This document shows, in pieces, positions 60,681-64,000 of a stretch of DNA of 64,000 nt. The stretch covers positions 3,050 through 67,049 of IMG/VR virus record IMGVR_UViG_3300044699_000063; one strand, given 5' to 3'. The position numbers were made by a program, and so were the translations under genes. Below the pieces are notes generated by a model. The model had not been told where the DNA came from and made no database searches. It saw only the letters and a program-made list of their open reading frames with translations. The stretch's first letter is position 1. The number at the start of each line of letters is the position of its first letter. This stretch comes from a virus.

Positions 60681-61030
60681 GGTGTGTTCTCCTTGTCGGT
60701 CGGTTGTTGATGGTCTTCGTTCGACTCCACCAGAGCGCGGATTCCCGCCTCCAGCGCCTCCACGATCGTCTCGTACCAGTCCGTAACGTCGTCCGGACAC
60801 AGACCGCAAGCGTTGTGGTACACCCGCCACGGTTTGAGAGTGTCCGGGTCATGGTCCAGCAGCCAGTCGCCTCCACGCCGTTCGTTCATCCACCGCGCCA
60901 TGTCGTCCGCGTCCGCCCGGCCGACAAACCCCGGCCGTCCCGGCAGCGCGTACAGCGGGCACTCGTGGTCATCTCCGTCGTCACCGCCCCACCCGATGAA
61001 CTCCCATCCCATTAGCTCCTCAACCCTCAC
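60677..61030 (-). CDS. Hypothetical protein
   Basis: GTG start lies within the junction repeat. Confidence 0.55.
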   Translation of the reverse strand: MRVEELMGWEFIGWGGDDGDDHECPLYALPGRPGFVGRADADDMARWMNERRGGDWLLDHDPDTLKPWRVYHNACGLCPDDVTDWYETIVEALEAGIRALVESNEDHQQPTDKENTP

Positions 61031-61056
61031 GACTCCGCCGCCTCGCGGAGAGCGGC
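61027..61056 (-). repeat. 30-bp gene-junction repeat, copy 3
   Basis: GCCGCTCTCCGCGAGGCGGCGGAGTCGTGA on the - strand. Confidence 0.85.
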
Positions 61057-61382
61057 GACAGCATCTCGGACGCCCTTCCGGGTGCGTCCCGGCCGGTGAT
61101 CGGGATGCGTACATGGGGCTGCGATGTGGGACGCGGCCATCTCCAACTCGTCGATGATCCCTGGCGTGCGACCGTCGATGCAGCCAGCGGGGCAGGGGTC
61201 AAAGCCGTTGTCGAACTCGATGCGGAAGTCCGCACCTGAGCCGTGGCACGTCTCGCATGGCCCGCCCCTGATGCGTCGGTGCGCCACTCCTGCACCTCGC
61301 GAGCGAGTGCGAATATGTCATTGCTGAAATGGCGCTTGTCAGCCAGAACGGCGGTCACCTGTTCGTCGGTCAGTCTGTTCAT
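61027..61382 (-). CDS. Hypothetical protein with CxxCxGxG motif (frameshifted)
   Basis: MNRLTDEQ..ALAREVQEWR / PCETCHGSG..CPAGCIDG..AALREAAES. Confidence 0.55.
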
Positions 61383-61980
61383 GTCGGGTCTCCGATCTCA
61401 GACCAGGGCATCCAGTGAAACACGCAGGGGTCGCCATTGTCGGAGCGCCCGCGTTGGATCGCATTTCTGAGGTCGCCGCCCAGCCACTTGCCACGCCAGT
61501 TCACCGCTCCGTCGTGGCTGTCCGTGACGAGCACTTCGATGTGGTCCTCGGGCCAGGTGCTCGGGTCGTCGGGTCGGCCTTGCGCCATTGGTGAGCGTGT
61601 GCCTTGCCCCACGCAACACCCTCGTTGTATGCCTGGCGCATGTCGTCACGGTCGTAGCTCATGTCGGCCCGCCGTGTCGGCCTGCGAGGATGGCGTTGCG
61701 GAGTTCAGCCAAGAGATTGCGGATGTCATCGACCTCAATGCGTTCGTCGTGCTCGCGACCCTGGTTGCCCCACAACCAATGTTCGACCACCTCCAACGCC
61801 GTCCGCACGTGCGGCAGGTCTTCGATGGTGCAGGAGCCGTCGGGGTTGCGGATGATCCGCTGCCCGCTTTGGGCGGCGCGCGGTCGGCGTTCGCGTTCTC
61901 GTCGGTGAATGCCCGTCCGTCTGTGATGTACCAGGTGCGTTCGTCGTCGTGAATCGCGGCCGCGATCTTCGGGCTTCATC
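61379..61980 (-). other. Two small frameshifted hypothetical genes
   Basis: Fragments 61379-61612 and ~61659-61980. Confidence 0.4.
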
Positions 61981-62441
61981 AGAACTTCCACAGGACGTCG
62001 AAGCATCCGTCCGGATGACGTTCGCGGACCTTCGACGACGCACAGCCCGAACGTCTCGGCGAAGCCTTTGACGATGTCCAGCCACGCCTCCGCCGGAGGG
62101 GTTTCGCTGATGTCCAGATCGACCTCCATCCCGGTGTCGAGCACGGCGACGAAGTGACGCGGGCAGTACCGGAGGCGCAGGCAGGCGTCGGGTACACCTG
62201 TTCGTCGAACAGCGCCGTCGGTTCGCGTGTCACGTTGTTGAGCGCGCTCGACGCCAGGCACGTCATCAAGAACCGGTGGAAGTCGACGGTCATCGCTTCG
62301 ACGTACGGCGATTCGAACCCGGCTTCTCTCAGCTTGGCCCGGTACCCCGCGATCCCGTCGATGACCGACTCGACCTGTTCGAGCAGTCTGCTCATCGACG
62401 CAGCGAACTGTGACTGCCTCCGGAACCCCGTCTGTTTCCAT
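61979..62441 (-). CDS. Hypothetical protein (leaderless, frameshifted)
   Basis: TATAGT -10 box 7 nt before ATG 62441; MSRLLEQVESVIDGIAGYRAKLREAGF. Confidence 0.5.
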
Positions 62442-62686
62442 AATCGTTACTATAACATCGGCCTCATGCTCGCTCGCAGACCAACCCCCAAAAAGCGATT
62501 CTCCCAGCTCATCCCCACATTCCCATAACGATACGATCGCATCTGCCCGGTCTCCGGACGGTGGGGGTTCCGCACTTAGCAAAACGAACATGCAGGTCAG
62601 GGGTGGTGCGTGCTGGACGAGGTAGGGTTTCGCTGCGATAGATACAGGTGGTGTACGTGACGGTCTGGGGTCCTGCGCTATACAGC

Positions 62687-62760
62687 TCGACTGGCCCTGG
62701 CCGTTCCTCTCGGAAGTAGCCACGGGCCGGTCGAACGGACGTTCGGTCAGTCCACGTCCG
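62687..62760. other. Two adjacent hairpins in a non-coding gap
   Basis: TCGACTGGCCC..GGGCCGGTCGA (62687-62734) and CGGACGT..ACGTCCG (62736-62760). Confidence 0.5.
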
Positions 62761-62842
62761 CCAGGGCGTAGTCGGGCGCAGGCCACGACGACGGGCGCAG
62801 CGATCGGGCGCGAGTGCCGCGGACCGTTCGGCGCGCAGTGCG

Positions 62843-63277
62843 TCAAGCTGGGCGGTCAGCCAGCGGCGCAGCGTTCGAACGCTGGCGGCGGACCGTTCCG
62901 CGTACCGTCCGCCCTGGCCAACCTAGCGTGACCGTGAGACCTTCCCTGACCAGCCAGAGCGCCGGTCCGATCTCAAGCGAGCACGGGCCTTCCGCGGCAG
63001 CCGTGGCAGCGTCCAGGGCAGTGACGCGAACGTCCAGGACGTCTGCCACCTTCGGGCGGCGGACAGCGCCCTTGCCCTTCGGCGCAGACCAGAGGGCCAC
63101 GAGAAGGGCGCGGGCCAGGTCCGTCAGTTCAGCGCGCCAGGCGAAGCGGTAGGCGTCCCGTACGGCCTTCTCAGCGGTCGCCTGGGCCTTCTCAGCGGCC
63201 AAGCTGGTCGTCGAATGACCAGGAGGCGCTCTGGCCCGTCTGACGGCATTCCAGAGCCATGCAGCGACCGCCCTCAT
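62843..63277 (-). CDS. Hypothetical protein
   Basis: 144-aa ORF, ATGA-coupled. Confidence 0.55.
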   Translation of the reverse strand: MRAVAAWLWNAVRRARAPPGHSTTSLAAEKAQATAEKAVRDAYRFAWRAELTDLARALLVALWSAPKGKGAVRRPKVADVLDVRVTALDAATAAAEGPCSLEIGPALWLVREGLTVTLGWPGRTVRGTVRRQRSNAAPLADRPA

Positions 63278-63822
63278 GCTTGGACGTCGGACGCCAGTAG
63301 CTGGCCTGACCGTTCGTCCAGGGCGAGCGAACCGAGAAGCGCTGGTCCCTGTCCAGGTTGACGCCGAGAGGCTGGCCCGTCTTGGACCGGCGCACGGTCG
63401 GGACCAGGAAGGTTGACGTCCAGTTGACCTGGCCGCGCTTGCCTTCCTTGCTGGTCGCTCCGTCTTCGTGAATCTGGAAGCCGTCGAACGTGACCAGGCG
63501 GACAGAAGGGCCGGTCAGGGTCGCTGGCCACTGCGCGCGGCTTGACAACCTGGACGTCTGCGCCCAGGCCATCGACGTACTCATCTGGCCCGTCGGCGTC
63601 GATGACTTCGCCGCGCTCGTTTCCGTCGAAGATCACGGCGTCGCGTGGTTCGATCAGGTACCGCTCTCGCGGCACTGAGCCGCGGAAGGTGTCGGAACCC
63701 TGCTGGCAGAATGGGCAGTACGAGTGCCAGGCCAGGTGCCCGCATCTCAGTGCGCCAGGGTCGAACGCCGAAACGCTGAGCGCGTCCCGTAGCACCTTCT
63801 CCCTGGTCAGTGTCGTTGTCAT
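63274..63822 (-). CDS. Hypothetical protein (frameshifted)
   Basis: RBS AAGGGG; MTTTLTREKV..CGH..CPFC. Confidence 0.55.
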   Translation of the reverse strand: MTTTLTREKVLRDALSVSAFDPGALRCGHLAWHSYCPFCQQGSDTFRGSVPRERYLIEPRDAVIFDGNERGEVIDADGPDEYVDGLGADVQVVKPRAVASDPDRPFCPPGHVRRLPDSRRRSDQQGRQARPGQLDVNLPGPDRAPVQDGPASRRQPGQGPALLGSLALDERSGQLLASDVQA

Positions 63823-64000
63823 GGTGTCCCCTTGTCGTTGGGCGCGGTTCTGCGCCACAGGGAGTGTCTCACGACGGACCGTAGAAGGTCAAGCGCGGTT
63901 CTCCCTGCTACGTAGAGGGCGGTAGTCGCCTCGTGAACTGTGGCCAACCTGGCCACGACTCACGCTCCGGCATCCGCCCTCAGTACGTGAGGACCGAGCG

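Larger units (their letters stand above)
1..64000. mobile_element. Tailed dsDNA bacteriophage (siphovirus) genome segment, probable actinobacteriophage
   Basis: TerL, portal, maturation protease, capsid, major tail, tape measure, lysins, ERF/SSB/helicase and WhiB-like genes are present. No host housekeeping genes or integrase were seen. Confidence 0.97.

Noticed and set aside
9300-63822. Many frameshifts in TerL, tape measure, capsid, GT and other genes, suggesting a decayed prophage or widespread recoding
   Set aside because: The breaks are single-base indels spread across essential genes, with motifs intact and continuing in adjacent frames. This fits uncorrected long-read error better than pseudogenisation.
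1-64000. Integrase/repressor lysogeny module or alternative genetic code
   Set aside because: No recombinase motifs were seen. Intact genes end at standard TGA/TAA/TAG with normal overlaps, so stop-codon reassignment does not explain the broken ORFs.

Overview
This window is most of the genome of a GC-rich, tailed dsDNA siphovirus. The host is very probably an Actinomycetota member, judged from a WhiB-like gene, leaderless SigA-type promoters and mycobacteriophage cluster-B-like virion proteins. The layout is as follows. (1) 1-14.6 kb (+) is an early/middle arm: a truncated amidoligase, many small ORFs, ERF recombinase, SSB, a DEDDh exonuclease and a VRR-NUC nuclease. (2) 14.6-17.6 kb (-) holds TerL, TerS and WhiB. 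(3) 17.6-19.9 kb (+) holds a DUF1360-like gene and a DnaB-N/AAA helicase. (4) 20-50.8 kb (mostly -) holds two lysins, a nucleotidyltransferase-glycosyltransferase fusion, minor tail genes, a ~6.4 kb tape measure gene, tail chaperones with a likely -1 frameshift, and the major tail protein. It also holds a ~7 kb block of unusual accessory structural genes (including a 20-aa repeat protein and a beta-helix-like protein), separate capsid hexamer and pentamer genes, a structured ~600 bp intergenic region, and the maturation protease. The head-tail adaptor and portal lie on the opposite strand. (5) 52.6-64 kb holds a GNAT, a DNA methyltransferase, an HNH, a GT2-GT32 fusion near two SAM methyltransferases, and a leftward early arm. 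I saw no integrase, DNA polymerase, primase, tRNA or CRISPR array. Many essential genes are split by single-base indels, most likely long-read errors, so several boundaries are approximate. The best leads are a putative glycosylation/methylation toolkit paired with a possible head-appendage module, the structured RNA upstream of the capsid gene, bidirectional leaderless promoters, and a 30-bp gene-junction repeat shared by both arms. All family assignments come from motif recognition by eye; no database search was run.
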